Shown: piece by piece, positions 39,201-52,002 of the stretch
Layout of the letters: each line of letters opens with the position of its first letter
Numbering within the stretch: position 1 is the first letter of the stretch
Source: Paraspadella gotoi
Taxonomy: Eukaryota > Animalia > Chaetognatha
Direction: 5' to 3'
Length of the DNA: 64,000 nucleotides
NCBI GenBank assembly: GCA_051294375.1
Contig: CM119263.1
Location: 11,633,130-11,697,129 of the forward strand
Position numbers and translations under genes: made by a program
The notes under the pieces: generated by a model
The model's input: only the letters and a program-made list of their open reading frames with translations
What the model was told of the DNA's origin: nothing
The model's database searches: none

Positions 39201-40781
39201 GCACCGGGTGACACCCGTTCCTCCTAGACTTCTTCCTTCTTTTCTTTTCTTTGCGAGATTTTCGAGGCAGAAAAAAAAAAGGAAATAAGGAAATATGGAG
39301 GATTCTGGTTGCCAGCGCCACTGTCGACGCCCCTGGGAAAAAAATAAATGACGGAAAGCCTGGAAAAGGAGAAAGAAAAGTGTAGAGGCGATCACCAATC
39401 GGTCGCCATGGAGAAGGTGATGGAGGAGATCGCTTCGTCTTTCTCTTTCCCAAAAGCGCCTGCATGTGCGTCTCTTTTTTTTTAGGTGTGTTTAATATTG
39501 TTTAATATTTGTTCCTCAATTAATAGAATTCATTCAAACGTAGAATCGAAATTCCCCCATTTTCCGTACAATTTATTGCTGCATAGAGACTGCTTAAGAA
39601 TTTTCTGATTAAAACTTCGTTTTTTGTCGAGAAGTAAGGCAAGCGAGAAACAAGGCCTTTTCCCCCCCAGGAAATTAGTTTGAAGCCATTAAGTCGGCGT
39701 ACGACTTTCTTTTTAGCTCCTTTTTTGAGGAGAAGCAGAAAAAGTCATAAATCGTCCGGAGCTCGCGAGTCTCCGTTCCGGTTTACGATTCGCCAGTCGA
39801 GGCGCAAATAGGGTCATTAAATTGACATAAACGCCTCTTATTTTTCAATTTTCAGCCGTAATTCGACAAACTAAGCGGGGCCAATTTGAGTGGAAAATGA
39901 AATCATTGACACGTAAAGAAGGGGAGAGTTTTACCTCACTTGATGGCCGTTAGGGGTCTTTCAACAAAATTAAATTTGGAAAAAATAAAGAAGAAAATTC
40001 AACGATTGTATATTATTATGTTGCTGCCAGCATTGCAACAGTAAGCAGCCTTTCCGTCGCCGTTTTAATCCAGAACTGAGCTTAGTCCATATCTCCTCGT
40101 TTTCACTGGCCAGTGAGTTGGCGTTTTCACGGCTTATTGTCGTCTCTTATTTGCATTGTGCTTTCGGAATTCACGTCATATACGAGAATTCATTGAAAGG
40201 AAAGCGGGAAAACGGGGCTGGCTGAAAGGAACATTCCAAAGCAAGCTTGGTTTTGCTTTAGAAATATAAAATGGTGCTCAAGGCTATAAAAATGAACTTG
40301 GGGTGTTGTTATAAAAAAATATGTGTAAAATAAAGTACAATAAAAATCCGAGAATTATCGAGGAAAAAAGAGGCGGACAGATGGAAAGAAAATAAGATCA
40401 GTGGGAGGAGCGGAGACAGCATCGAGGAAGCGTTGAGTCGAACTGAAATTCGATTGGAAGTAGAAAACGTGATTTAGCATGGGCGCGGCTTTATGGGGGC
40501 AGCGAGCCGCGAACGAGGAGATAAAACTGAATCAAAAACAGAGAAAAAAAAACCAATTGCTTCCAAAAAAAACAACAAAAAACGATGCAGTCGAAACTTC
40601 TAGATCCTTTTTGAGTCACCCCATTCCCTCGCCCCCGCTGCCAGACAGTTTCGTCGATGAATTTTTCAGTTCGACGACTTTTATTGCGCGCCACCTTCGG
40701 CCTCGTGATGCTCTTTTTTTTTAAAGGTAAAAATAAGAGCCCGAGAGAGTCTGAAAATAAAAAGTAGGAAAAATTAACCAG

Positions 40782-40947
40782 TGAAGAGACGGTAATAATT
40801 GTTATGGCGTGTTAAGCGCGGCGTCACTCTTCACTGATAGGTTACCACCGGTTTAGAAACCAGGACCTTTGGGTTGGGAGACGAATGACTTGCCTCCTGC
40901 ACCAATGGCCATTGATGAACGGTTGGTGGATTTTAGTCCATCATACA
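40782..40947 (-). mobile_element. Internally shorter copy of the 35925-36266 family
   Basis: Reverse complement reads TATGATGGACTAAAATCCACCAACCG...GGCCATTGGTGCAGGAGGCAAGTC...CATAACAATTA...CTCTTCA. Confidence 0.75.
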
Positions 40948-41276
40948 AACAACTTAAATTTTTTTTTTTCATTGGGAATAGAATAGAGATAAATCGGTCG
41001 TAAGGTTTCGGTTCGAGGCGACATTGAGCTCTTCCTCTCGCTTGGATGGAAACGTAATGATAAATAGTAAAACCCACGTGAAAAAGATGTCAAAAAACGG
41101 AGCTTAAAAGCAATAAAATATAAACACGGACAACGGTAAACAAACTAAACATGGCAAATACTAATTCATCCTCTCTCACTCTATTTCCCTGCGCGATTTC
41201 TCTTACCCATGCCGCCTTTTTTTTCCCCCTTCACATTCATGAATTCATGAGATCGATTTCCTGTTTTTTATTTCTT

Positions 41277-41378
<102 letters not shown>

Positions 41379-42741
41379 GCATATTCCTACCTCGAACAAT
41401 TTGTCTCCCCTCACGGTGTTGGTTCCATGCCTTTTTTTTTCATCTCAAAAAGAAACTTTTTTTACAATTTTTTCTTCGCCATTTTTTCCTTTTATGGCTG
41501 CGGAAATATTCGCGCATGAGACGGAAACGGGAAGAGGAAGGGGGAACGGTCTGACAACAGATTCGGGCTCCCGGGAAAGCAATGGGGTCACCAATGACCG
41601 TCTTTGCTTTTGGAATCGGAAAATAGATTTGGACGGCCCGGCGATTGCTCTAATAAGACGGTTCCACTGATATACGATAATAAACTGACAATGAAGTCTG
41701 TGAAGCGTTAACTGGCTTTCAATATAACGAAGGTTCAAACTTGATATGAATGTTTTCCAATATTACGTACGATTTTAAACGCGAGATATATCCTCGGCGT
41801 TAGGGAAAAATATATCAACTTTCCTCTCGACCCATATATTCAGAAAGATCGCGGGCAAAAAAAAAAATTTAATATCAATTTGCGGAGTTAGCTAAGAGAG
41901 AAAGGAAAAAAATGGCTACTGAACGGGACGAAGGGAAGAAATAAAAAAAAGATTCTGACGTTTATTTGAACATTTTTTCTTTTTTTAAGAAAAGATGGAG
42001 GATCCTTCATGATTGAACACCGGAGACATAGGTCAAACACTTTTTACAAGCCAAACGATTCCATTTTCATATTCCTTAAAAATAAATTACATTTTGTGAT
42101 ATATATTGTTCTGTAGGCATGTAATAATTTATGAAAAGTCAAAGTAAACTGTACACTCACTACAAACCGCTTTAAAATTTAAATTAAGCCAGGATTGGCA
42201 TAGCTGATGTTGTTTTTCTGAACCTCGTCGGTGAAGAATGGAAATTAAACGGGGGGAAGAAGGGAAAGTTGATTTCGTTGAGAGGATAAAAAGATATGGA
42301 GAGAGAATGGGTGGAAAGGAAGGAAAGGTAATATCAAAGCAAAAAGAAAGTGGAGGAAAGGCGAGAAAAAGGAGAAAAAGTAAAAGGGAAACGATCATGA
42401 AGGAATGATACGAAATAGAAAGAAAAATCCCTCGGGCGAAAACCACAAAGAAGAAAACAATAAGCGCGGGCTCGTCAAAAAAGAATGGCAACAATTTGCC
42501 AAAAAACAACATTGATAAACAAACAAGTGAAACCCCAACCTAACAAAAAGAATGGAGTATGACAATTAAAATTTTCCCGTCTTTCTTTTTACTTCTTAGT
42601 TCATACTATTTTATTTTTTCAAACGAAAAAGAGTGATACATATAGTTAATTTAGTTTTCGTTTTTATTTTTTGGTACGAGAAAATCTTATCTTTGCAATC
42701 TTTAGAGGTAAACAATCTTTTCAACCTAGAAAAACATGAGT

Positions 42742-42868
<127 letters not shown>

Positions 42869-43403
42869 ATCTCCCATCCCACATTTCAACAATATCCTTC
42901 CAAAATTTCTGATGATGACGAAACAAAGAACAAAGCGAGGAATCTTTCTCCCTTTTTCCTTGAAAGAAAAGAAAAAGAAAAAAAAAAGAGAAGAAAATTA
43001 AAGAAAATAGTGGCGATTATTCGTCTCGCATTTTAAACAGCTCACCCCGTCTAAATCGTTGAGTATAACAACAGGGATTTCATGCATTATTCCAAAGACA
43101 AAAAGCTCAAAGAATGCTAAGACTTAACTCAGAATGACAAGCAAAAACAACAATGATTTGATGTTTCCGCATTTTTAAAATTTCTTAGAAAAAATTGAGT
43201 TTGTGGCATTGAAAAACACCCAAAACCTACGGTAAAATGCAAATTATGTTTCCCTTAGTTTTTTTTTTTTTTTTTTTTAGATTTTTATCACAGAAAAGTT
43301 TTTTACAACTTTTTCTTATTTTATGGCGCAAAATCCTTTAAATGATTCTCGTTGATGGTCGCTCTTGGGAAGGAAACGAGCTGAGAAATTTCAGGAAATG
43401 AAA

Positions 43404-44355
43404 TGGGTCATCTGTTTAGAGAGGAAGACTGTCTCGTGCTGTCCCATGACCAAAATTGGTTCTCAGAGGTATTAGAGAGGCGATTTACATCAAAGCCCTC
43501 GAGCCCTCTTTGAATCGTGATGGAGGACGATTCGACCTCCCTCCAAGCTATGATTCGCTTATCAAAACTGTGGTGGAGCACCCAACGCCACCTCAGCCGC
43601 ACGGTGACTCCCCTGTCCCCACTCAACGGGTCAGGCGGAGACCTCTCAGCAGGCAATGGATACCTGATGCCTCACCCAAGCCTGCAGCAACTTGGCACGA
43701 CTCTCCTCGTACCGAGCGTCGCCCAAAACGACGGCTGCAGGAGGAGGGGAGGAGTCTGTATCTCCTGTACCAAAACAGGCCAGAACAGGCAATCGCCCGC
43801 CTCACCGTCAGGTGAGAGGAGGGCATTCGGCAGGCTTATCAGGTCAGAGAGACATTCGAGTGGCACTGGGCATTTTTCCAGGTGGGTCATTACCAGATCC
43901 CAGCCTAACTAACTCCACCACAATACTCTCTCAACCTATGACAGGCCTATGAACCGAAATTCATCAGTAATATCCTTCATTTGCCCGGCTGGGGGGGGAC
44001 CAGCTCACTTTGAGCTCTTTCTTTACTTATTTTTCTCTTACCTCTTTATCTTAACTATCCCTCATAAACTATCCTTTTCCATTTCATTTTCAATATTTCA
44101 ATATTCCACTATTTTCAAAAATGCACAAACAGCCTAATTTAATTTATTTAAATCTTTGTTATGTCTAGTTTATAATACTATTTATCTTTGTTGTACATTG
44201 CCTAATGTATACTATTATTTCTCTCTCTCTGTGTCTCTCTCTCCCTCTCTCTCTCCCTTTTCACCAATTTCACATTCACTCTCCTTTTCATCCCTGTCCT
44301 CATCTTCACCTGTCCTCACATCTGACCACTTTCCTTTACTAAATTCTTTGTTGGA

Positions 44356-44428
<73 letters not shown>

Positions 44429-44549
44429 GTTTGTGAAATAAATTATTTGTGATTTCAGATGCTGATGAAGGCTTGAGTTGTGAGCCGAAACATGTCCAAA
44501 GTTAATAAAAACTTTATTGTTGTTCCACGAAAATTTTCGTTTTTAATTA
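43404..44549 (+). mobile_element. 5'-truncated Penelope-like retroelement
   Basis: Encodes the C-terminus of a PLE GIY-YIG endonuclease, GHLFREEDCLVLSHDQNWF/(frameshift)RGIREAIYIKALEPSLNRDGG. 3' end carries a hammerhead motif and AATAAA. Flanked by the 11-bp direct repeat AGGAAATGAAA (43393-43403, 44550-44560). Confidence 0.85.
44455..44500 (+). ncRNA. Minimal type-I hammerhead ribozyme motif of the Penelope-like element
   Basis: CTGATGA (44462-68), stem II GGCTT...GAGCC, GAAAC-AT-GTC with palindromic ACATGT; predicted cleavage after 44496; stem I is very short. Confidence 0.75.
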
Positions 44550-45170
44550 AGGAAATGAAAAAGAAAAAAAAATCCCAAAATTCGTAAAAAGCAATTATTG
44601 AAGGACGATTTTGGGTTTCGACAGAGGATATTGCATGTCAACTCTAGGTAGTAACTTTTAAAAAACATTTAATTTTCTTTTTTGAGAAACAAAATTTAAA
44701 TTTGTGAAACGAAAACTTTTTTTTCAGAATCAAAAAAAATTACTAATATAATCATATATTTCGAAATCAGCAATCAAAAAATAGTTTTGTTATAAATAAA
44801 TCATCTCGCAGCAACCCCCAAAACAGAAAGTGCGCAGTCGACCGTAAATGGAAAAAGCCATCTTGAGTGAATGCCACCACGATGAAAATCTTCTTTGGAG
44901 AGGAATGAAGCGTTATGGTTTGGTGTCGCTTCAAAGGTGTTGAATCCCGTTTTGTTTATGGGAATTTTCTCGAAAGACGATTCGCTCCGAGGCGACGATA
45001 GCGATTCGCTTTTCTTTTCATATAAACCGTCGAATTTAGAGATCGTAAACGCGTAGAAAGAGAAAAGTAAAGGATTTAAAAAAGAGAGAGAGAGAGAGAA
45101 ATGACGCCGAGGGAATGCGAAAACTGGCGCCGAGGAATGGAGCAAGAGGATTACGAGAGGATTTTATAAT

Positions 45171-45415
45171 TTGTGCCTCGAGTACTCGTGGAGCAACTCA
45201 ATAAGTCACTTTTCGGTGGTTCGGTATCTGTCAGTCTGTCGATCTGTTTTACTTAACTTTTTAATCCTGATAACTTCTTCAATTAATTTTTTATTTGGTA
45301 GAAAGGTAAGGTACCCTAAGACATTTATTGTGCACGTGCATCATACGTTTTCAGTCGTGTGATAACCTAAATTTGTCGATGAAAGAAAGTCACTGCGGGG
45401 CAACGCCTTGAACTC
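45171..45415 (+). mobile_element. Degenerate DINE-1/Helentron-like copy
   Basis: CGAGTACTCGTGGAGCAACTCAATAAGTCACTTTTCGGT...GTCTGTC and AAAGTCACTGCGG blocks match the family. Confidence 0.55.
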
Positions 45416-46070
45416 TCGGGTTCGGGTTTTAAGAATCGATTACAATAGAATTTCAAAAAACAAATCCAAGTGAAAATGATGTTTACAAGAAAAGCTTTAA
45501 GTAAAATAAACAAAAGCTGTTTTAATTTGTTATTTTTATAAGACGACAAACTTTTAAAATGTATAAGAAAAAATTTTGTCGTCGCAGCTCGAAGACTTTC
45601 TCCCAACGTCTCAGTTTTCTCTTCGTCTCCGTCTCAGACATTCACCAAGAAGAATATTTAATGCGCCTCCGTCGGGTCTTTGACGTCAACTTTGTTGTCA
45701 TCTTTGAAGTTACGTAGACCAAAGTTCTCGCCAACTTAGTTGCCATCCCAGTAGTTACTTCACGATTCTTAGTGCAGGTTGAGAGACATACGCGCGCTAA
45801 ACAAAAAAGGATTCCAAAACTTTAAAAGAGTTTAGAAGGTGTGAAAGAGAAGGAAAGACACTTACTTAACTCGTATGTCCCTCAAACGCGTCAAACAAGT
45901 TTCCTTCATTGAATAATAGAATAGGCTTCAGTGGATGCAAGCCTTAAAAAACGTACAAAGTCTGTTTCATCTTATCCCCGCATGTTTGTTTCCTTTGCAG
46001 ACCGAATAGCAGCGGGAAAAAATAAACATGTAAATATAACGAAGTCGTATATATACATTTATTTAATCAA

Positions 46071-46128
<58 letters not shown>

Positions 46129-46189
46129 ATTTGACACACACACATCTTCTTTCAAGCTTTCTCTCTTTCTTTCCTTGTTTCTTTTTCAT

Positions 46190-46196
46190 TTCTTTT

Positions 46197-46292
<96 letters not shown>

Positions 46293-46305
46293 TTTCTTTC
46301 TTTCT
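46190..46305. repeat. (CTTT)n microsatellite
   Basis: Seen directly. Confidence 0.95.
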
Positions 46306-47104
46306 TCTGTGATGAAGACAAAAGTAGAATGAGAAATCGTTTCCGTTCCCGTAAGATGAATGACGTTGGTTAACGGTATGAAAATTTTATGAAAATCTGG
46401 AATATCCGTGAGGATTCGGATTTTGGAAGTATTTGAAGTCAGTGCAAATAAAGAATTCTAGAGAATCTACAAACCACAAGAATTTAAAAACCCCAAACCC
46501 AGAGTATCCATTGTCGTGACTATGAAGTTTCAATGGGTGTATTAACGTATTGGACAGTTTTATAATAACAATTTTAGAAAGTGAAAATATACAATAATAA
46601 TCGATCCTAAAATTGTAATAAATAAAATGACACCAACATAGGGAATCCTTATCCACAAATCCTTATTAAGGATTTGTTCTTAAAGTCTATAGAAAATAGT
46701 TTTATTTAGCTCCATATAAGAAAACGTATTTATCAATTGGCTTTTAGTTTTAAAAATTTTGAAACAAAAGAGAAACGCAAGTAAGTTTCGTACCATGAAG
46801 ACCAAAGTCTTGCTTTTTCGTTTTGTGGATTTTAAATTTTCTGAAATTCATTTTTTCTTCACGGTGGAAATGGTTTCCATTCTGGAAGGCTTCGTTTGAG
46901 ACCGGCGCTTGATTACGAGAGAGAAAAGGAGGTAAAACGGCTTGAGGGAGGGGGAGAAGGAGAAACAGGGTTACAAAGAGAGAAATATACCTTCTTCTCT
47001 CAAATTTACTGACGACATGTTTATGATTATATTATATAAGCTCTAAAGATTCAAAGTTTGCCTCGCAATTAGAAAACATTCGCTTTGGCGTTTAATTATC
47101 CCTG

Positions 47105-47359
47105 TGTGGCGGTATATTCACACCGCCTCACGTCCACCATCCTTCAGCCAAATCCATTGGCTCAGAGGGGGAACACACCATCCCAGGCGTAGTGTTCCAT
47201 CCACAGTCCTAACGACTTCCCTCTGCGTTGGCAAAGCGAGACCGTCCTAGGGTAACCGCGCCAGTGACTGGAGGTGTCACTGAGGGTCGGAAGCCCCCAA
47301 AGCCAACAGTGAGATGCCCCATCCCAATGGGCATCACAGGCAACCTGGCTGTTGCCATA
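47105..47359 (+). mobile_element. Solo LTR (255 bp) of a TRIM-like retroelement
   Basis: TGTGGC...GCCATA termini; 4-bp TSD CCTG (47101-04, 47360-63); the same LTR appears twice around an internal domain at 54104-54871. Confidence 0.8.
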
Positions 47360-47962
47360 CCTGCACGAATACCTTAACTCAAAATTAACCTTTTTCGATA
47401 TATATTTTATATATAAATTTATCATATAACGACAGATTATCAATAATATTTTTTCAGTAAAAAGATATTATACTTTGATGTAGTAGTAATTGGAAAATTA
47501 TAAAATGAGGTAACGAAGCCAAAAACAAAAAGAGTGATAAGCGTAAAAAATATGCCTTGCTCTCAAGAAGCGACGCCAATAGTTAATTTAATATAGCAGA
47601 AAGTCAAAACCTCCTACGACATCCAAAGAATGAGACATTCCTCCAATAAAACCAAATTACGCTGCGATAACCTGCGCTGCGTTGAGATCCTGTGTTGAGA
47701 TCCCGAGACGAATCTGAAAAGCTTGCGAAGGAAATCGTGAATAATTTAACCGCATGAAGAACGGCTTCAGTGTTGATGACGACAATGATTGCGTTTGACG
47801 GCGATAATGATATTGACGGCTCGACCAGAAGTCCGTGTCGTAATGTGATCTTGGAAGACGACATTCTCTCTCCTTTCCTCGCGAGATAAAGGAGTCTTGT
47901 TAGCGCTCATTGACTTTTTTTCTTTTTTAGTTTTCTTTTCATTTATTTCTTTGTTCTTTCTT

Positions 47963-48284
47963 TCGCGAGTACTCGCGGAGCAACTCTATAATTCACTTTT
48001 CGGTCGGTCTGACGGTCGGTCGGTCCTTCTTTCCGTCGGTCTGTCCCATTATGTAAAAATGCATATAATTTGTTTATAGTTAACTATAGTTGGTTGCTTA
48101 TTTGTTAAGACAGAAAAAACCCTCAAATCTAAGGGACTACTAACGTCGTTTACAGAAATTCCTATAACTATAAAGTGCATGTCATAAATACATGGGCAAA
48201 AAAAGGTTTTTAGTTATGTCATATCATGTCATATCATATCATGTAAAGTCATTGCGGCGTTGCGTTGGAATTACCGTTCTTGTT
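47963..48284 (+). mobile_element. DINE-1/Helentron-like non-autonomous element
   Basis: CGCGAGTACTCGCGGAGCAACTC, (GGTC/GTCT)n, ends TTACCGTTCTTGTT; reverse complement of the 28590-28972 family. Confidence 0.72.
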
Positions 48285-48380
48285 TTCTTTCTTTCTTTCT
48301 TTCTTTTTTTCTTTCTTTTTTTTCTTTATTTTTTCTTTATTTTTTCTCTCTTTCTTTCTTTCTTTCTCTCTTATATTCAG

Positions 48381-49802
48381 TAGGCCTTAGCAAATTTTAT
48401 AAAGTTTTTTACAGAATTTAGCACTATAGTACAAATTAGTCCCCTATATGCTACTAATTATTTTCTATCTTTGTTTTTTGAAAAATCGATCAATAAGTGC
48501 TTGCAACTCTTCAAAATTTGCCAAAAAACGGTTTTTTTCATTAAAAATGATAGATATCTTAAAAAATATCAGTCAAAATCATATTTAACCTGCGTCAATT
48601 TAAAGAGCGGAAAAAATACTCTATTTTACATACTTTATTTTTAAAAATCCAAAAAATACTTTTCAAATTATTGATGTTTAAAAAACCGAATTCTCGGCAT
48701 TTTAAAGTCACATTTTTTTATTTTCCTTTTATAACTTTGAAAATAATGTAAAATAAGGTGTAAAACAGACTAAATCCTCTAGAGTAAACCTTAGGCTTTC
48801 CATTGGCGTAAATAGGTATTAGTTTTTTAATTTTGTTCGGGAGCTATGAATTGTTAAATCTTGAAAAAATTATGAAAAAATATTTATTTATTATTTTTGT
48901 CTGTGTGCTTACAATTTGAATGTTTATACATCTATCATTATCTACAAAACATAAGCTTTAATTTGAGACCTCTCCTAACTTTTTACGATTTTTCATTATT
49001 GAATTATTAGTAAAAATTAATTTTTTTTTTAAAAAAAGATTAATCAATTAGTACTTTCAAATAGAATATTTTTTTAAAAATAAAGATACAAAAATACAGT
49101 TCTACTTATAAGGCTTTAAAACAAATGTTTAAAATAAAAAATAATATAAATTATAATAAAAAATAAATAAACAGATTATTAACTTTATTTTATTATAAAA
49201 AATATATGATGTTTAATTAAATCTTAATCTATATATATATTAGTTGAGTGCTTTAATTCAATCTCATATCCAGCTTTTAATAGTAATAATATTTGTTATT
49301 ATTTATAAAAAAAAATTTACAAAATAATAATAATACAGTAGCTCACTCAATATTTAATATATATAACAAGTATAATGCATTAACTTTTAATACTTGAATA
49401 AAATATATATTAATAGTTTTTAAAATATTTTTAAAATTTTTTAAAATAATTTAAAATTTTTAAAATAAAAAAATGTGACTTTAAAATGCCGAGAATTCGG
49501 TTTTTTAAACAATAATTGGAAAAGTATTTTTTGGATTTTTAAAAATAAAGTATGTAAAATGAAGTATTTTTTCCGCTCTTAAAATTGACGCAAGTTAAAT
49601 TTGATTCTGACTGATATTTTTTAAGATATCTATCATTTTTAATGAAAAAAAACGTTTTTTTGCAAATTTTGAAGAGTTGCAAGCACTTATTGATCGATTT
49701 TTCAAAAAACAAAGATAGAAAAAAATTAGTAGCATATAGGGGACTAATTTGTACTATAGTGCTAAATTCTGTAAAAAACTTTATAAAATTTGCTAAGGCC
49801 TA
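48381..49802. mobile_element. Non-autonomous hAT-type DNA transposon with ~340-bp TIRs
   Basis: TAGGCCTTAGC...GCTAAGGCCTA termini; near-perfect inverted repeats 48381-48724 and 49462-49802; 8-bp TSD ATATTCAG (48373-80, 49803-10); AT-rich non-coding core. Confidence 0.88.
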
Positions 49803-49941
49803 ATATTCAGTCTTTCAATTTTGTTCTTCATTTTCTCTCTTTCTTTGCGAAATAAATTTGAAATTTTTAATAAATTTTTTATACATTTATTTCTAACCAA
49901 TGACTAGAATCGATCTCTACAATAACCATTTAGATCTGTAT

Positions 49942-50414
49942 TCATGGCATCTTGCAATCGTCTCTCTTGACATTTTGTGGCCAATCGCAGTTGTGCGTCG
50001 CAGTGTTGAAGAGCAATCCGGAGGCGCAGCTGCGTCGAACGCCTCTGTTAGGGCCGGTGCACATCAAGAAGTCGGCGCAGTTGTCCGCCACGCCCACGAC
50101 CTGTCCAGATTCCGTGCACTTGCCCGGTTCGGGCTTGACGCCCCCGTTATCGCCGTTGTCACCACCATTGTCACCGCCGTTGTCACCGCCGTTGTCACCA
50201 CCGTTGTCACCCCCGTTGTCACCGCCGTTGTCACCGCCGTTATCACCAGTATCGGGTTCGACAGGGATTCCATTATTGAAGAGAACATCGACGATGGCTT
50301 TGAGAAGAGGATATTTGCCTTCGCCGCAGAAGGTTCCTTTGAAGTCGTCCAAGTCGAGCGCCCAGATCATACCGCCAGCTAGGCCCTTGTCCAGGATGTA
50401 CTTAGCCTTAAGAC
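49942..50414 (-). CDS. GH18 chitinase, last exon (end of catalytic domain, DNGG-repeat linker, CBM14/ChtBD2 domain)
   Basis: CAG acceptor at 50415/50414 (phase 1); [26 protein letters not shown] motif; six-Cys chitin-binding domain ...[17 protein letters not shown]; stop codon at 49942-44. Confidence 0.93.
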
Positions 50415-50533
50415 CTGACGGAAAAAGGGGTGATTAAAGGATAATTAAGATCTCTTTCAGATTTAAGGTATAAAAATTAAAAGAGATTAAAGGAAAAGTA
50501 ACGGACACTTGTCAGGAACAAACTCTTGTGCAA

Positions 50534-51138
50534 TAAGGCGTAGTAAAATTTCTAAATTATTAAGACTTTAATTAAAATTCTAAAAGTGAGGAATGAACAA
50601 CATTATACTAATAAAACATTTATGTAATAAAAAAATTTATATAAATTTTACAACTTACGCAGTAGGCCATATTTATACTAGTACTAATCCAATAAATATT
50701 AAAATTTCAAAACAGTTTTTTCTAAAATTTGGGATTCGTCATAAAAAGTTGATATAAAAGAAAAATAACTCTTTTTGAAAAATTCTTTCATTAAGTAGGT
50801 CAAAAATTAGAAAAAGCTATATTTTAAGGCTGAAAATTATTTTTTTATATATTAAATGTAGTTTTTTAATTTTTACTCCACTTAATGAAAGAATTTTTAA
50901 AAATGATTTAATTTTCTTTTATCAACTTTTGTCGAGGAATTCAATCTGCAATCAAATTAAGAAAAGCGATATTTTGAAATTTTTCGATTTTATATAGAAT
51001 AGTACTATATATAAAATTAGCCTACTCCGAAAAATTAAAATCACATAATTATTTTTTTTTTTAATATTAATATTCACTGATGGTATGTTTTCATAATTGA
51101 CATTTAGAATTTTCGTATGTAACTTTCACTACGCCTTA
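50534..51138. mobile_element. hAT-type palindromic MITE in a chitinase intron
   Basis: TAAGGCGTAGT...ACTACGCCTTA termini; 8-bp TSD TTGTGCAA (50526-33, 51139-46); imperfect inverted symmetry along its whole length. Confidence 0.82.
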
Positions 51139-51393
51139 TTGTGCAATCTCGATTAAACTTTTGTGGAAATGCGTATAAACAATTGTGGATTCATTTTATT
51201 GATTAAAGATTCATTGATTATTTATTCATTCGGCATTGATAATTATTTAATTGATTCATTATGCTTTTCTCCCTTCAGCTATCATGAGTTAATGATTAGT
51301 ATTTTATAGGTACTACTTCGTGTTTACTTAGTGATTCATTAGTGCTCGCTAAGCAATGGCTACTGATCTATTGTTGTTTTTCTCTAGATATAT

Positions 51394-51624
51394 TATTACA
51401 GAGTAGTGACTCTGGGCTAGTGAAACTGTTGACGCAATGCTGCCGGGCCCCGTGGCATACGATCATCGCCGAGACATATAAAGATGCCCCTTTGTTCTGC
51501 AGCCGCCCATCGACTCGTTAGAGAGTCCGCAAGGTTTGCCCCCTAACAGTGGTGCATCGTCCTTTTTCCATGCCTTGTGTGTGGTTTTGATCCCGAGTGT
51601 GTCAAAAATTTGCCACTCATCACA
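51394..51624 (-). mobile_element. Solo-LTR-like element (231 bp) in a chitinase intron
   Basis: GC-richer island in an AT-rich intron; minus-strand termini TGTGATG...TGTAATA; 4-bp TSD ATAT (51390-93, 51625-28); hairpins at both ends. Confidence 0.55.
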
Positions 51625-51735
51625 ATATTCAGAACTATTATTCGGCATTATTTACTCTAATGATTGAGATAACAAACCATCTCTTTTTCCACTTTGTTTT
51701 ATTCTTTTCTTATTCACTCCATTCCTTTCTCTCAC

Positions 51736-52002
51736 CGATCGTATGCTTGTCCTCGTAGGCGACCCACTGATCTCCACCGTAAGCGTACATGATCTTCTGC
51801 TGTGTGTCGAACACCTTCTTCCATCCTTTCTTCAAATTCTTGCAAATCTCGTAGTAGGAGATGAAGCCCTTCTCTCTCGTGAACTGCCCGGCGGCGCAGG
51901 CGTCCTTTGCCGGCGCGCCCAGTCCGGTCTTGCTCTTGTCGACCAGAGTGAAGCCGCGACCGTAGGTGCCGAGACCCATGACCAACTTGTTGGCGGGGAG
52001 AC
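51736..52002 (-). CDS. GH18 chitinase internal exon
   Basis: TTTCAG acceptor and G|GTGAG donor (phase 1/1); LPANKLVMGLGTYGRGFTL...GQFTREKGFISYYEIC...DQWVAYED. Confidence 0.93.
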
